The notes below the pieces were generated by a model that was not told the DNA's origin, did no database searches, and saw nothing but the letters and a program-made list of their open reading frames with translations. Position numbers and translations under genes: made by a program. From a virus (Duplodnaviria > Heunggongvirae > Uroviricota > Caudoviricetes), in IMG/VR virus record IMGVR_UViG_2609459792_000007: a stretch of 64,000 nucleotides of DNA, one strand, 5' to 3'. Shown here piece after piece: positions 47,314-57,730 of this stretch. The stretch's first letter is position 1, and every line of letters starts with the position of its first letter.

Positions 47314-48399
47314 ATGACTTTGCCATACGGCGTCATTTCTGACTGCCACTACCACAAATGGGATGCGTTCTCCACGACGAACGCTGAGGGGCTTAACTCC
47401 AGACTTGAAATACAGTTGGAAGCAACGAAAGAAGCAGCCATCGCCATGAAGAAGGCCGGTTGTAAGTACATGTTGGTTGCCGGTGATACATTTCACGTCC
47501 GAGGAACTGTGTCCCCTTCTGTTTTGCATTACGTAACTGAAACGTACAAGTGGATTATCAACGAGCTTGATCTGACAGTAGTAATGCTGGCCGGTAATCA
47601 CGATCTTGAAACCAACGATTCAGTATATAGCGCCAACGCAGCAGCATCGCTGAGTTCTATCGGCGTGGTAATCGTATGTGGCAAGCGCCCACACTCAATA
47701 AAAATTGGTGATGTGACTGTCCACCTGATTAGCTGGCGTAACAATCATGCGGAGCTTATCAGCGATCTGAAAGCATTACGTAAGAGCGTAGAAGGTGATA
47801 ATCATGACGTTGTTATCCATACATCCATTAACAAAGCCATTCCAACAATGCCTGACGTCGGTATCGATGCGCAGGAGTTAAAGGATATCGGCTTTCGTCT
47901 CGTGCTTAGTGGGCATTACCACAACCACAAAGAGGTCATTCCTGGAGTTATCAGTGTCGGTGCACTGACTCATCAAAATTGGGGAGATGTTGGATCTCTG
48001 GCTGGCTACATGATCGTAAACCCGGACGGCAGTTTCAGTCACTACGAAACCAGTGCGCCTAAATTCATTAACCTGGAAGATGATGTTGCTGATGACCAAA
48101 TTCGCGGCAACTACGTGCGTTTCCGCGCCTTAATTGAGAACGATGAAGAAGGCATTAAGTACCAGAACATCCTCAAAACAATGGGTGCAAAAGGTGTCGT
48201 GTGCAACTTCATCCGTAAGTCATCAATGATGGAAGGTACAGCCAGCACAACTGAAACCAGCAAAATCGATAGCCTTGGAGAGTCGGTATCTGCTTATTGC
48301 AAGATTGTCCACGATACTGACGGCGGATTTGATCTGAGCAAATTGGATATTTTGTGTCAGGAAATCCTCACCGAAGCGGAGAGTTCGGAGGCTGTGTGA
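47314..48399 (+). CDS. SbcD/Mre11-like nuclease (T4 gp47-like)
   Basis: 361 aa; metallophosphoesterase motifs VAGDTFH and LAGNHD; followed by SbcC-like ATPase gene. Confidence 0.75.
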   Translation: MTLPYGVISDCHYHKWDAFSTTNAEGLNSRLEIQLEATKEAAIAMKKAGCKYMLVAGDTFHVRGTVSPSVLHYVTETYKWIINELDLTVVMLAGNHDLETNDSVYSANAAASLSSIGVVIVCGKRPHSIKIGDVTVHLISWRNNHAELISDLKALRKSVEGDNHDVVIHTSINKAIPTMPDVGIDAQELKDIGFRLVLSGHYHNHKEVIPGVISVGALTHQNWGDVGSLAGYMIVNPDGSFSHYETSAPKFINLEDDVADDQIRGNYVRFRALIENDEEGIKYQNILKTMGAKGVVCNFIRKSSMMEGTASTTETSKIDSLGESVSAYCKIVHDTDGGFDLSKLDILCQEILTEAESSEAV

Positions 48400-48628
48400 A
48401 GCAAAGTCGTTATGGGAGCTTTCGAGACTTTGCCATCACGATGAAAAGACTTGAACGAGGCCAGACGGTGATTTTTCACAAGCCCTCCCCGCCACAAGGA
48501 AATCCCGTAGCGTTTTATCTTGGAAGGTTAACAAGAAAAGGCGTATTGAGGCGCAGATCCTTCCCGGCGCATACGGAGTTCAGATTGAAAGAAGGCCAAA
48601 AGCTAACACACGGTATCAGAGGTGTTAT

Positions 48629-50545
48629 ATGAAGTTTTTAAAGCTCCAGGTTGAGAATTTTATGGCTATCGCCAGCGCGGAGGTCGAGTTAGATCAGCGT
48701 GGTTTAGTGCTTATTCAGGGTGTTAATAGTGATGATAGTTCCGCATCAAGTAATGGCTCTGGAAAGTCAACTCTAATGAATAGCCTGATGTGGTGTCTTT
48801 ATGGCGAAACAGCTCATGGTGTGAAGGGTGACGATGTGTTGTCTACCGACCATGAAAAGAACTGTCGTGTTGCAGTAACCATCGAGGATGAAGGCAAGAG
48901 ATACGCAATCATTCGTCACCGTAAACACAAAGAGTTCAAAAATCGTCTTATCGTTCGTGGTGAAGATGGCGATATGACGAAAGGCAAAGATGCGCTGACG
49001 CAGGAGTTCGTCGAGCGTCTGATCGGTGCATCTAAAGAGGTTTTCATGGCTTCCATCTATGCGAGCCAAGAAGCTATGCCAGATTTACCTGGAATGTCCG
49101 ACAAAAACCTCAAAACCATCGTAGAAGAAGCCGCTGGCGTTGACAGACTGACACGCGCCTACGCTATTGCTCGTGAGCGAGCTAATGCAGCTGCCGCACG
49201 TATGGATGTGGTTAAAACCAAATTGGAGTCGACAATCTCGACCATTGAGGCAACACAGTCAGAAATTGAGTCAGCGAAAGCCTCCTCTGAATCATGGGAG
49301 CAAGAGCGTTCTAAACGTTATGACGATGCCCTGGCTGGGCTGGCCAGTGCCGAAGTTGAGTTAACGGAAGTTGAACTTGAGATCCGCACTCTTCCCGAAC
49401 AGATACGTGATACCGAGAAGGCAATCGAAAGTGAGCGCAAAAAGTTAGCCTCAAAAGAAGAACATGACGCCAAGTTGCTCAAAGTTCGTGGTGCGATAAC
49501 TGATATTCGGGCAAGCATCAAAGCTACAGAAAATAGTCAGGCTGATGCAATGAACCGCGCGCGTAATTTTAAGACCAAAGCAGAAGAGGTTGGTACTAAA
49601 GTGGGATCACCATGCCCTACTTGTGGCAAAGCCTACTGCGAAGAAGATCTATCAACGGTGAAGGAGAGTTTCATTGAACAAGCACGTCAGGAAATTGGTC
49701 AGGCGAAGACACTTGCAGAGGCAATGGCTAAACACAAAACGAATCTTGAGAAAGCGTTAAGCATTGAGTCTGCCCTTGTTAAAACGACACCTGATGTAAC
49801 GGCTATCATTGCCCGGATTGAAGAGCTTACGAAACAACTCTCATCTTTGCGTCATCGTGAGAAGGAGGTTGTTGCTATTGAGTCTCTTGTGACTCGTGCT
49901 CGTACTGAGGTCGATCGTATATCAAAAGAGATTAATCCGTTTATTGCTCTTATCGCCAGACACGAAGATAACTTGGTATCCAGTAAGTCTACCTTCAAGT
50001 CCTTAAAAGATGAGTTGAAGGCTATTCAGGAACAAACGTTGCTATTGGAAAAAGCTCGTCAGGTCTACTCTCCTGCCGGGGTGCGTTCTCATATTTTGAC
50101 GTCTGTTACGCCTTTCCTGAATACACGCACTGCCGAGTATCTCAATACGTTGTCTGACGGGAATATTACTGCTGAGTGGTCGACGATGGATGTCACTAAA
50201 AAAGGTGAGTATCGCGACAAATTCAACATTAGTGTGCAGAAGAAAGGTTCAAGTAAGTCGTTCCAGACCCTCTCTGGTGGTGAGAAGCGGAAGGTTCGCA
50301 TTGCGTGTTCTTTGGCATTGCAGGATCTGGTTAGTAACCGGGCGAGTAAAAACATCGATTTGTTTATCGGCGACGAAATTGACGATGCACTCGATACAGC
50401 CGGTCTTGAACGCCTCATGGGTATTCTGGAGTCCAAAGCTCGCGAGCGAGGTACTGTGCTGATTATCTCCCATAAAGAGATGAAGTCATGGTTCCGGGAA
50501 ACTATTACGCTGGAAGTTAAAGAGGGGCGCAGCTATGTCGTTTAA
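48629..50545 (+). CDS. SbcC/Rad50-like ATPase (T4 gp46-like)
   Basis: 638 aa; Walker A NGSGKST, long coiled coil with CPTCGKAYC zinc-hook-like motif, ABC signature LSGGEKRKV and Walker B LFIGDEID. Confidence 0.8.
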   Translation: MKFLKLQVENFMAIASAEVELDQRGLVLIQGVNSDDSSASSNGSGKSTLMNSLMWCLYGETAHGVKGDDVLSTDHEKNCRVAVTIEDEGKRYAIIRHRKHKEFKNRLIVRGEDGDMTKGKDALTQEFVERLIGASKEVFMASIYASQEAMPDLPGMSDKNLKTIVEEAAGVDRLTRAYAIARERANAAAARMDVVKTKLESTISTIEATQSEIESAKASSESWEQERSKRYDDALAGLASAEVELTEVELEIRTLPEQIRDTEKAIESERKKLASKEEHDAKLLKVRGAITDIRASIKATENSQADAMNRARNFKTKAEEVGTKVGSPCPTCGKAYCEEDLSTVKESFIEQARQEIGQAKTLAEAMAKHKTNLEKALSIESALVKTTPDVTAIIARIEELTKQLSSLRHREKEVVAIESLVTRARTEVDRISKEINPFIALIARHEDNLVSSKSTFKSLKDELKAIQEQTLLLEKARQVYSPAGVRSHILTSVTPFLNTRTAEYLNTLSDGNITAEWSTMDVTKKGEYRDKFNISVQKKGSSKSFQTLSGGEKRKVRIACSLALQDLVSNRASKNIDLFIGDEIDDALDTAGLERLMGILESKARERGTVLIISHKEMKSWFRETITLEVKEGRSYVV

Positions 50546-51278
50546 ATTAAGCCGCTCGCAGTTTTTGCAGGTATTTGCAGTGATGCAGTCGATAAAACTG
50601 ATCAATGGGCATACTTCCAATGGTGCGGCTCCACGTATTCTGTGGGGCAGCAACAATATTGACGGAGTACAATTCGCCGCGTTGCTTGGTCTAATATCCG
50701 AGACGCCATTGATGCAAAGTTTGAAATCACTACCACCTGGATGTATTGCGCCGATCCTGATTAATCCTTTTGTTGAGGGGGGATATCTTCCCAACGTCGG
50801 GCCTGGGTTTATTGCATCCCATGAAACTGAAGATCTTAACATTAATAGCGAAGGGTTCTTTGGGGGAATGGGTGCGCATCACTGTATGGCTTTCACGAAC
50901 CTTATTCGACTTGCCAATAAGCGGGTGGATAGTTTGGCATCGCCAGGTGATGCTTTTACTGGTTTCCTTATCCAAAGGAGGGATAAAAAGTACAGTGCGG
51001 ACAAACTACAGTTTGTTGGTAAGTATGGAGAAATGGTAGAAATCGAACTTCAGCTCCCTCATGTTTTAGCAAACGATAGTGCAGACAGTCGGAGGCTATT
51101 GGGCATCATGCGTCATTTCATAGCAAGTGGTGTTAAACATGCCGCAGATAAACGTGTCACGCAGGAAAATGAGTATTCAGACTTTGCAAACTATCCCCAA
51201 CCAACGTTGCAAACGGCAATAGTAGCCAATTCGTTGGAGGCGAGATTATTGGAAAACCCTATATGGGGAACATGGTAA
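50535..51278 (+). CDS. hypothetical protein
   Basis: 247-aa ORF; no motif recognised. Confidence 0.5.
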   Translation: MSFKLSRSQFLQVFAVMQSIKLINGHTSNGAAPRILWGSNNIDGVQFAALLGLISETPLMQSLKSLPPGCIAPILINPFVEGGYLPNVGPGFIASHETEDLNINSEGFFGGMGAHHCMAFTNLIRLANKRVDSLASPGDAFTGFLIQRRDKKYSADKLQFVGKYGEMVEIELQLPHVLANDSADSRRLLGIMRHFIASGVKHAADKRVTQENEYSDFANYPQPTLQTAIVANSLEARLLENPIWGTW

Positions 51279-51287
51279 GGAGACTAT

Positions 51288-51857
51288 ATGAGTAAAAAAA
51301 TCAGCGTAGTTGGTGTTGATCCCTCAATGAGCAACTTTGGGCTTGCTGTGGGCACTTTAGACCTTGAGACGGACGAACTTGAGATTCACGGCCTTACTCT
51401 TGTTGAGACTAAAGCGGGGAGTAACAAAAAGACCGTTCGTGTGAACAGTGACGATCTGCGCCGCGCCAGTGAAATATGGCGTGTTGCGAAGCCAATCATT
51501 GATAAGGCAAATATGGTTTTTTGTGAGCTACCGGTTGGGAGCCAAAACTCTCGTTCGCAGACGTCTTACGGTATTTGTATCGGTGTACTTGCGTGTGTGG
51601 ATAAGCCATTGATCCAGGTTACTCCAAACGAAATCAAGCATTTTGTCGGCAATAAACTTACTACATCGAAAGAAGAGATTATCCAGTGGGCTACGAAAAA
51701 ACACCCTAAAGCACCGTGGCTGCGTCGTAAGCAATCTGGACAGGATGTTCTCGTGAACAAAAACGAACATTTGGCTGATGCGGTGGCTGCCATCCATACC
51801 GGTATGCAAACAGATCAGTTCCGCCAGGTGCGCGATGTTCTTAAGTCTCTCATTTGA
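51288..51857 (+). CDS. RuvC-like Holliday junction resolvase (putative)
   Basis: 189 aa; VVGVDPSMSNFGLAV parallels RuvC ILGIDPG..TGYGV; acidic FCELP; C-terminal EHLADAVAAIHTG parallels RuvC DAADALAIAITH. Confidence 0.55.
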   Translation: MSKKISVVGVDPSMSNFGLAVGTLDLETDELEIHGLTLVETKAGSNKKTVRVNSDDLRRASEIWRVAKPIIDKANMVFCELPVGSQNSRSQTSYGICIGVLACVDKPLIQVTPNEIKHFVGNKLTTSKEEIIQWATKKHPKAPWLRRKQSGQDVLVNKNEHLADAVAAIHTGMQTDQFRQVRDVLKSLI

Positions 51858-51891
51858 TTTCATTGATAGGTAAGTGCTTATCTATTAACAT

Positions 51892-51922
51892 GGGCCACTA
51901 TATTTAGTGGCCCTCTTTATTT
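51892..51922 (+). terminator. terminator-like hairpin upstream of nrdA
   Basis: GGGCCACT-ATATTT-AGTGGCCC followed by TCTTTATTT. Confidence 0.55.
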
Positions 51923-51930
51923 GGTGATAC

Positions 51931-54246
51931 ATGATAAGCATCGTAAAACGTAACGGCCAAACAGAGCCGTTATCCGAAGAAAAATACAACCGCGTCGTAA
52001 TGTATGGCGTAGAAGGCATTCGTGGTGTAAGCGCATCCGCTGTAGCAATGGGAGCTGCGGCCAGCATTTTTGATGGGATTACCACCAGCCAGTTGCATGA
52101 GGCTTTGGTTAAATCTGCCGCTGATTTGATCTCACCAGAAGCACCAAATTACTCACAGGTGGCTGCCCGCCTGAACATTTTTAAAATCCGCAAAGATGCC
52201 TTCGGTCGTTACGACTATCCGAACTTCTACCAACACATTGTCAAGAACGTTAACAAGGGCGTTTATGACAAGGATTTGCTGACACATTATTCGTTTGAAG
52301 AGATCGAAGAACTCGGCAATTACATTAAGCCGAAACGTGACGATCTTTTTGGCTATGCAGCTACGGTGCAGTTGCAAAGCAAATACCTCGTTCAAAACCG
52401 TGTTACTGGTGAGATTCATGAGGGGCCGCAACATATCTATATGCTGGTAGGCATGTGTCTGTTCCAGAATTGGGAAGACGACTGCGCTGGCAAAACACGT
52501 ATGGAGATGGTCAAAGGTTTCTATGACGTTACAAGTACGTTCAAACTGTCTCTGCCCACACCAATCATGGCCGGCGTCCGTACTCCAACCCGTCAGTTCT
52601 CCAGTTGTGTGCTGATTGAGTCTGGCGATAGTCTGAAAGGGATTAGTGCAGCTTCAGCCGCAATTATCGACTACGTTTCACGTCGTGCTGGAATTGGTAT
52701 TGGTTTTGGCCGTATCCGTGCGCTGGGCAGCGAGATCCGCAATGGTGAAGCCACCCATACTGGAGTTATTCCATTCCTGAAGCATTTCCAGACGGCTGTT
52801 AAATCTTGTTCGCAAGGTGGTGTTCGTGGTGGCGCAGCAACAGCGTTTTACCCGATCTGGCATCTTGAAGTTGAAAGTCTGCTGGTGGTGAAAAATAACC
52901 GTGGTATTGATGAAAACCGCGTTCGCCATCTTGATTACGGCGTCATGAGTAACCGTCTAATGTACCGTCGACTCGTCAGAAGCGAGAACATCACTCTGTT
53001 CAGCCCGCATGATGTGCCTGATATGTACGAAGCCTTCTTCACAGACCAGGAGCTGTTTGAAAAGCTGTACCATAAATACGAAGCCGATGATTCAATTCGC
53101 AAGAAGTCAGTACCTGCCATTGAGCTGTTCTCATCTCTGATGCAGGAACGAGCGTCCACGGGCCGAATTTATATTGCGAACGTCGATCATATTAACGAGC
53201 ATGGCGCTTTCATTCCTGCTCTTGCACCTGTTCGCCAGTCAAACCTGTGCATGGAGATCACTCTACCCACTCGTCCACTGGCATTTACCGACGACCCGAA
53301 CGGTGAGATCGCGCTATGCACTTTATCCGCTTTTAACCTCGGAGCCATCCGTTCACTGGAGTCTCTTAAAGAGGTGGCGTTCTATGCCGTTGCTGCACTG
53401 GATTCGTTACTGGATTATCAAGACTATCCGATGGAGGCAGCCGAAGTGCCTGCCAAAGCTCGTCGTAGCTTGGGAATTGGTGTAACCAACTTTGCTTATT
53501 ACCTGGCAAAGAATGGCGTTCGTTATTCTGATACCGCTGGCAATAAACTGGTGCATGAAACGTTCGAAGCTATCCAGTATTACCTTCTTGATGCCAGCTG
53601 CCGACTTGCTGAAGCAAAAGGTGAGTGTGACTGGTTTGAGCAGACCAAGTACGCAATTGGTCAGTTGCCGATCGACCATTACCGTTCTTCATTAGACGAA
53701 AGTGGCGAAACCAACTTTGAGTTAAAGATGCCGTGGGAAGAACTGCGTGAACGTATTGCAAAATACGGCCTTCGCAACTCCACACTGACGGCACAAATGC
53801 CATGCGAGACTTCCAGCCAGATCACTAATTCCACCAACGGCATCGAACCGCCTCGTGGACCGGTGTCGGTGAAATCTTCTAAGGACGGCATCGTTAAGAT
53901 GGTCGTGCCTGAGTTTGAAAAACTGAAGGAACAGTATGAATACCTGTGGGATATGCCGGACAACCGCGGCTATCTGACAAAGGTGGCGATCATCCAGAAG
54001 TTCTTTGACCAGGCTATTTCAGCCAATACCAACTATGACCCTTCTCGCTTTGAAGGCGATAAAGTCCCAATGATGACGCTACTGTCAGATTTGCTTCTCG
54101 CCTACAAGATGGGAGTTAAAACGCTTTACTACCACAACACCAGAGATGGGGCAGGAAAGCGTGATGACGACGAACCGCAGAATCCACTGACGCAAGCTGT
54201 AGCCGTCGAGCCAGAAGATGAGTGCGACGGAGCCTGCAAAATCTGA
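51931..54246 (+). CDS. nrdA: ribonucleoside-diphosphate reductase large subunit (class Ia)
   Basis: 771 aa; near-colinear with E. coli NrdA as recalled (KYLVQNRVTGEI, SCSQGGVRGGAAT, NLC.EI, C-terminal ..CDGACKI). Confidence 0.95.
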   Translation: MISIVKRNGQTEPLSEEKYNRVVMYGVEGIRGVSASAVAMGAAASIFDGITTSQLHEALVKSAADLISPEAPNYSQVAARLNIFKIRKDAFGRYDYPNFYQHIVKNVNKGVYDKDLLTHYSFEEIEELGNYIKPKRDDLFGYAATVQLQSKYLVQNRVTGEIHEGPQHIYMLVGMCLFQNWEDDCAGKTRMEMVKGFYDVTSTFKLSLPTPIMAGVRTPTRQFSSCVLIESGDSLKGISAASAAIIDYVSRRAGIGIGFGRIRALGSEIRNGEATHTGVIPFLKHFQTAVKSCSQGGVRGGAATAFYPIWHLEVESLLVVKNNRGIDENRVRHLDYGVMSNRLMYRRLVRSENITLFSPHDVPDMYEAFFTDQELFEKLYHKYEADDSIRKKSVPAIELFSSLMQERASTGRIYIANVDHINEHGAFIPALAPVRQSNLCMEITLPTRPLAFTDDPNGEIALCTLSAFNLGAIRSLESLKEVAFYAVAALDSLLDYQDYPMEAAEVPAKARRSLGIGVTNFAYYLAKNGVRYSDTAGNKLVHETFEAIQYYLLDASCRLAEAKGECDWFEQTKYAIGQLPIDHYRSSLDESGETNFELKMPWEELRERIAKYGLRNSTLTAQMPCETSSQITNSTNGIEPPRGPVSVKSSKDGIVKMVVPEFEKLKEQYEYLWDMPDNRGYLTKVAIIQKFFDQAISANTNYDPSRFEGDKVPMMTLLSDLLLAYKMGVKTLYYHNTRDGAGKRDDDEPQNPLTQAVAVEPEDECDGACKI

Positions 54247-54352
54247 CATATGGTGGGGGATATCCCCACCTTCTCTTTGATTTGTAAGCCTTGTTTAAAC
54301 ATATAAGATAACAACTTGTTTAAACGCACCAAAAAAGAAAAAGGAAAAACAC

Positions 54353-55495
54353 ATGTCATATTCAACGTTCCGTTTGGGTGCTAATGATGCAACCAAAGAG
54401 CCTATGTTCCTCGGACAATCTGTCAACGTGGCACGTTACGATCAGCAAAAATACCGTGATTTTGAAAAGTTGATTGAACGTCAATTGTCTTTCTTCTGGC
54501 GGCCGGAAGAAGTTGATATTTCGAGCGATCGTATCGACTTCAACACGAAGCTGCGGGACCACGAACGTCACATTTTTCTGAGCAATCTCCGTTATCAAAC
54601 GTTACTCGATTCAGTTCAGGGACGTAGCCCAAATGCAACGCTGCTGCCGCTTATCTCTATTCCTGAACTGGAAACGTGGGTTGAAACATGGTCTTTCTCT
54701 GAGACTATCCATAGCCGCAGCTACACCCACATTATTCGTGGCATGGTGGACGATCCGAGCATTGTTTTTGACGGTATTGTTACGGATGAAGAAATCATCA
54801 ACCGAGCGATCAGTATCTCTGCTGAATATGACAGGCTTTATGGGATGACCTGCGAGCGCCAGTCGTTAGGTGAGAAGGAGTTTGAACGTCTGTACGTAAA
54901 TGAATATGGCTGGGAGCCATACCCTTTGCACCGTCAGCTTTTCCGCACGTTGGTGTCCATTAATGCGCTTGAGGCGATCCGTTTCTATGTAAGTTTTGCA
55001 TGTACGTTTGCCTTTGGCGAACGGAAGTTGCTTGAGGGTAACACCAAAATTATGCGCTTTATTGCCCGTGATGAAGCTCTGCATTGCGAAGGAACTGAAC
55101 GCATGATCCGCTTCATGCGTACCGGTCGCGAAGGTTTATTGTGGAAAGAGATTGCTGCTGATGAAGAAAACGTCATTTACGACACCATGAAATCAGTCGC
55201 CGAACAAGAAATGAACTGGGCAGACTATCTCTTCAAAGACGGTTCGATGATTGGTTTAAACGCGGATATTCTCAAAACCTATGTAAAATACCGCACCAAT
55301 CTGGCTATGAATCGTCTTGGCCTGAAGGCTTTATTTCCAGAGGTTACCACCGATCCGCTGGTCTGGATGAACAAGTGGTTGTTAACCGACACACTGCAAA
55401 TTGCACCACAAGAGGCAGAGCAAAGCACATATCTGGTAGGTCAGATCGATTCTACCGTGGATAAGGCTTCTCTAAGCCAGTTTGCTGACCTGTAA
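54353..55495 (+). CDS. nrdB: ribonucleoside-diphosphate reductase small subunit (class Ia)
   Basis: 380 aa; near-colinear with E. coli NrdB as recalled ([59 protein letters not shown]). Confidence 0.95.
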   Translation: MSYSTFRLGANDATKEPMFLGQSVNVARYDQQKYRDFEKLIERQLSFFWRPEEVDISSDRIDFNTKLRDHERHIFLSNLRYQTLLDSVQGRSPNATLLPLISIPELETWVETWSFSETIHSRSYTHIIRGMVDDPSIVFDGIVTDEEIINRAISISAEYDRLYGMTCERQSLGEKEFERLYVNEYGWEPYPLHRQLFRTLVSINALEAIRFYVSFACTFAFGERKLLEGNTKIMRFIARDEALHCEGTERMIRFMRTGREGLLWKEIAADEENVIYDTMKSVAEQEMNWADYLFKDGSMIGLNADILKTYVKYRTNLAMNRLGLKALFPEVTTDPLVWMNKWLLTDTLQIAPQEAEQSTYLVGQIDSTVDKASLSQFADL

Positions 55496-55572
55496 ACCGA
55501 TACAAAGCATTATGTGGCCTGGCAACGCTGGGCCACAATGGATCACAAGAATTAAGAAGGAACAAAACTAGC

Positions 55573-56442
55573 ATGAACTTTACCAAACTGACTGACCACC
55601 TGAAACTTGCCACCGATCGACTCATTGGATTTAAGCCAGAACCATATGAGTTGCATGAAGGTCATGGTGTAGCTACTGAAAGTATTTACAAGATGGTCGA
55701 TCAGTTTCATGAACTCTTCCAGCATCCGAGACGCGTTATGCCGACACCAGAGCTGCTTCGTCTCCGTGCAAGCCTGATTCATGAAGAAGCTGTAGTGGAA
55801 GGTATTCCAGCCGCAATGAATGGGGATATTGAGCAACTGCTGGATGCAATGGCCGACTTTTTATACGTTGGTGTTGGTACGATGGTCGCCATCAAAGGTG
55901 GTATTTCTACCGGCATGACCTATTACACGCAGGAACAGAGCATTGATCGCTTTATGCAGACAATTTTTGTGCCTGGTAACACTGTTTTCGATGATATGGC
56001 AATGCCATTTCAGGAAGCTCGTGAGGCGTCATGTATGCTCGAAGAGCTGGCAGATAAACTTGAGAACAAGACTGTTAAGGATTCTGAGCTGATTCAGGAA
56101 CTGCGCCGTGTCATGAACAAAATCTATGTGGCGTGCATGATGACCTATCGACTGGCTGATTTCCTCGGTATCAATGTAGTCGAGCTGGTTGGCGAAATTC
56201 ATCGGTCTAACATGACAAAATTATGGCCTGCTGATGTTGAGGAACGTCGCCAGGCTGTGGCCAACTGCAAATACGACTCTTCAGATCTGGGATTCCGCCA
56301 TGCTGATGGCACCGATAAGATGATCGGTTTTCGAATTTCCGATGGAAAGATTCTGAAGTCTCCAACCTATAGTGATGTCGATTTATCCTCCTTTGTTGAG
56401 CAAGCTAAAGCCTCGGCAATGTACGGAATGATCAAAAAATAA
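55573..56442 (+). CDS. hypothetical protein, possibly all-alpha NTP pyrophosphohydrolase (MazG-like)
   Basis: 289 aa; acidic pattern LIHEEAVVEG..DIEQLLDAMADFLYV resembles MazG-type EExxE..ExxD spacing; weak. Confidence 0.3.
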   Translation: MNFTKLTDHLKLATDRLIGFKPEPYELHEGHGVATESIYKMVDQFHELFQHPRRVMPTPELLRLRASLIHEEAVVEGIPAAMNGDIEQLLDAMADFLYVGVGTMVAIKGGISTGMTYYTQEQSIDRFMQTIFVPGNTVFDDMAMPFQEAREASCMLEELADKLENKTVKDSELIQELRRVMNKIYVACMMTYRLADFLGINVVELVGEIHRSNMTKLWPADVEERRQAVANCKYDSSDLGFRHADGTDKMIGFRISDGKILKSPTYSDVDLSSFVEQAKASAMYGMIKK

Positions 56443-56510
56443 TTGTAGGTAGTTATCTATCTGTGTATATTGCGTTGGCGCGTTAAATTTCTGAAACAAC
56501 TATTCGTTTT

Positions 56511-56537
56511 TGGTGGCCTATGGCCACCATTTTTTTA
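56511..56537 (+). terminator. rho-independent terminator
   Basis: TGGTGGCC-TAT-GGCCACCA followed by TTTTTTTA. Confidence 0.75.
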
Positions 56538-56613
56538 TCTGTCTGGTCTTGTTCTCTCAATAAATGTAAACTCACGCAATGAATAAGTGGTTACTTATCT
56601 TTGTGAGGTTTTT

Positions 56614-57717
56614 GTGTCACTCCTTTTGAATCGTGAGCATACGAACGGTCAGGTAACAAACGCATCGTATGCAAAAGTTATTGAGACGGTGCTTAAAAGC
56701 GGCGTGCAGGCTGATGATCGCACAGGCACTGGTACTTTAAGCACCTGCTACGTTCCCTCTTACTACATGCTTACTGGTGGGACTGTGCCGCTTATTTCTG
56801 GAAAGGCGGTAAATCTTAAGCCACTGCTTGTCGAACTTGAGTGGTATCTGAAAGGCACGGGCAACATCCAATTTCTCAAGGATAACGGCGTTAAGATTTG
56901 GGATGCATGGGCCGATGAGAATGGCGATTTGGGGCCGGTTTACGGTAAGCAGTGGCGTCGATGGGAAGATACCCGCATCGTGAGCCATAGTGAATATCTG
57001 AGCAAGATCGATACTTTCCGTGAACGCGGGTACAAAGTCGAGGGATACCTGGGTATCAGTGAAGATCGCGTAGTGCTGTCCCGTGAAATCGATCAGCTAC
57101 AGCGTATTGTCGATACACTGCGCACGAACCCTACCGATCGTCGCATCATGCTTAACGCATGGAACGTAGGCGAGCTTGAGGATATGAAACTGCCACCTTG
57201 CCACTTTGTCTTCTCTTTGTGGAGTCGTGAGCTTGATTTTGAAACCCGTTTAACGATGGCAACTGACATTGGTCTTCAACACAGTCGCCTCGGTTATGAG
57301 TCTATCTACACCAAGATGCTATACGATCTGGAGATGGACGGCAGTGTTACTGAAACTGAACTGGATGAACTTGGAATCCCCAAACGCATCCTCAACTCCT
57401 GCCTCGTACAGCGTAGCGTAGACACTTTTGTTGGTATGCCATTCAATATTGCTGGCTATGGCATTCTCACTCATTTTCTCGCGAAGATTACGGGTCACAT
57501 GGCCGGTGCATTTGTGCATTTTGGCTTTGACGTGCATTTATACAATAACCACATGGAAAGTGTGTGTGAGCTAATGAAACGACAGGCTCCAGAGCATTCA
57601 GATCCGGTCGTTATTTTCCCTCATGAATGGTCTGAGCTGGATGATTTCAAATGGGACGATATTCTGATTCTTGGCTATGACCCTCTACCGTGGATCAAGG
57701 TTCCAGTGGCGGTGTGA
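56614..57717 (+). CDS. thyA: thymidylate synthase (ThyA family, with insertions)
   Basis: DRTGTGT, GDLGPVYGKQWRRW, catalytic LPPCH, RSVDTFVGMPFNIAGY. Start moved to GTG 56614 (RBS GAGG) because the ORF-track start 56587 lies inside the intergenic motif. Pyrimidine hydroxymethylase not excluded. Confidence 0.8.
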   Translation: MSLLLNREHTNGQVTNASYAKVIETVLKSGVQADDRTGTGTLSTCYVPSYYMLTGGTVPLISGKAVNLKPLLVELEWYLKGTGNIQFLKDNGVKIWDAWADENGDLGPVYGKQWRRWEDTRIVSHSEYLSKIDTFRERGYKVEGYLGISEDRVVLSREIDQLQRIVDTLRTNPTDRRIMLNAWNVGELEDMKLPPCHFVFSLWSRELDFETRLTMATDIGLQHSRLGYESIYTKMLYDLEMDGSVTETELDELGIPKRILNSCLVQRSVDTFVGMPFNIAGYGILTHFLAKITGHMAGAFVHFGFDVHLYNNHMESVCELMKRQAPEHSDPVVIFPHEWSELDDFKWDDILILGYDPLPWIKVPVAV

Positions 57718-57730
57718 TATGGCAAGAGGT

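Noticed and set aside
48354-48632. 92-aa ORF between the SbcD-like and SbcC-like genes
   Set aside because: Overlaps the 3' end of the SbcD-like gene in another frame and has no recognisable motif; cannot be supported as a gene, though the 230-bp gap remains unexplained.
51931-57717. Group I intron or intein interrupting nrdA, nrdB or thyA
   Set aside because: NrdA and NrdB translate colinearly with the E. coli proteins without breaks, and the thyA inserts are in-frame protein segments, not structured non-coding interruptions.
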